24,000 bases of DNA from an uncultured Eubacteriales bacterium (GTDB lineage Bacteria; Bacillota; Clostridia; Oscillospirales; Acutalibacteraceae): NCBI GenBank assembly GCA_964443825.1, contig CAYUEV010000003.1, forward strand, positions 11,799-35,798, given 5' to 3'. Numbering within the stretch: position 1 is the stretch's first letter; each line of letters opens with the position of its first letter. A program made the translations under genes and the position numbers. Shown here one piece after another: positions 23,979-24,000 of the stretch. The notes under the pieces are model-generated. The model did no database searches, was not told the origin of the DNA, and saw nothing but the letters and a program-made list of their open reading frames with translations.

Positions 23979-24000
23979 TTTTCCTGTTCCCGACCCTCTC
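23971..24000 (-). CDS. Possible 3' end of an upstream gene (presumably the ABC permease), truncated by window edge
   Basis: The minus-strand frame reads ..GAG AGG GTC GGG AAC AGG AAA AAT GCT TAA, and its stop (23973-23971) overlaps the ABC ATPase ATG by 8 nt. Only 10 codons are visible, so identity cannot be supported. Confidence 0.25.
   Translation of the reverse strand, partial: ERVGNRKNA

Noticed and set aside
1-24000. Search for tRNA, rRNA, CRISPR arrays, IS transposases or integrases
   Set aside because: I saw no T-loop or acceptor-like tRNA signatures (the GTTCGAAT at about 11297 is inside a CDS). I found no regularly spaced short repeats and no ORF with DDE, tyrosine- or serine-recombinase motifs.

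Overview
24-kb chromosomal window from a moderate-GC Firmicute. It looks Clostridia-like, and two secreted dockerin-bearing proteins suggest a Ruminococcus/Oscillospiraceae-type organism (inference only). Most of the window is housekeeping. On the + strand: metG 3' end, tatD, citrate synthase and ogt. The rest is mainly on the minus strand: a Gfo/Idh/MocA oxidoreductase with two xylose-isomerase-like TIM-barrel genes, rsmI, an NPPY RNA methyltransferase, GTP-PEPCK, tsaD, a YwlE-like phosphatase::RimI fusion, polA, trkH/trkA and an ABC ATPase. Four things are not core. (1) Two dockerin proteins, one built from seven tandem Cys3His modules. (2) A low-GC accessory patch at about 11.6-13.2 kb holding a two-gene cassette: an unknown Cys-rich 106-aa protein and a 145-aa protein resembling PBECR-type RNase toxins. 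(3) Next to that cassette, an orphan consensus promoter plus intrinsic terminator with no ORF between them, a candidate sRNA of about 150 nt. (4) A family of GC-rich repeats with the core GGTTTTGCGCG. Two 161-bp copies bracket one dockerin gene, and shorter copies and direct repeats bracket the accessory cassette, including a 21-bp repeat shared with the neighbouring HAD hydrolase gene. I saw no rRNA, tRNA, CRISPR array, transposase or integrase gene. All family assignments come from motif recognition by eye, not database searches.
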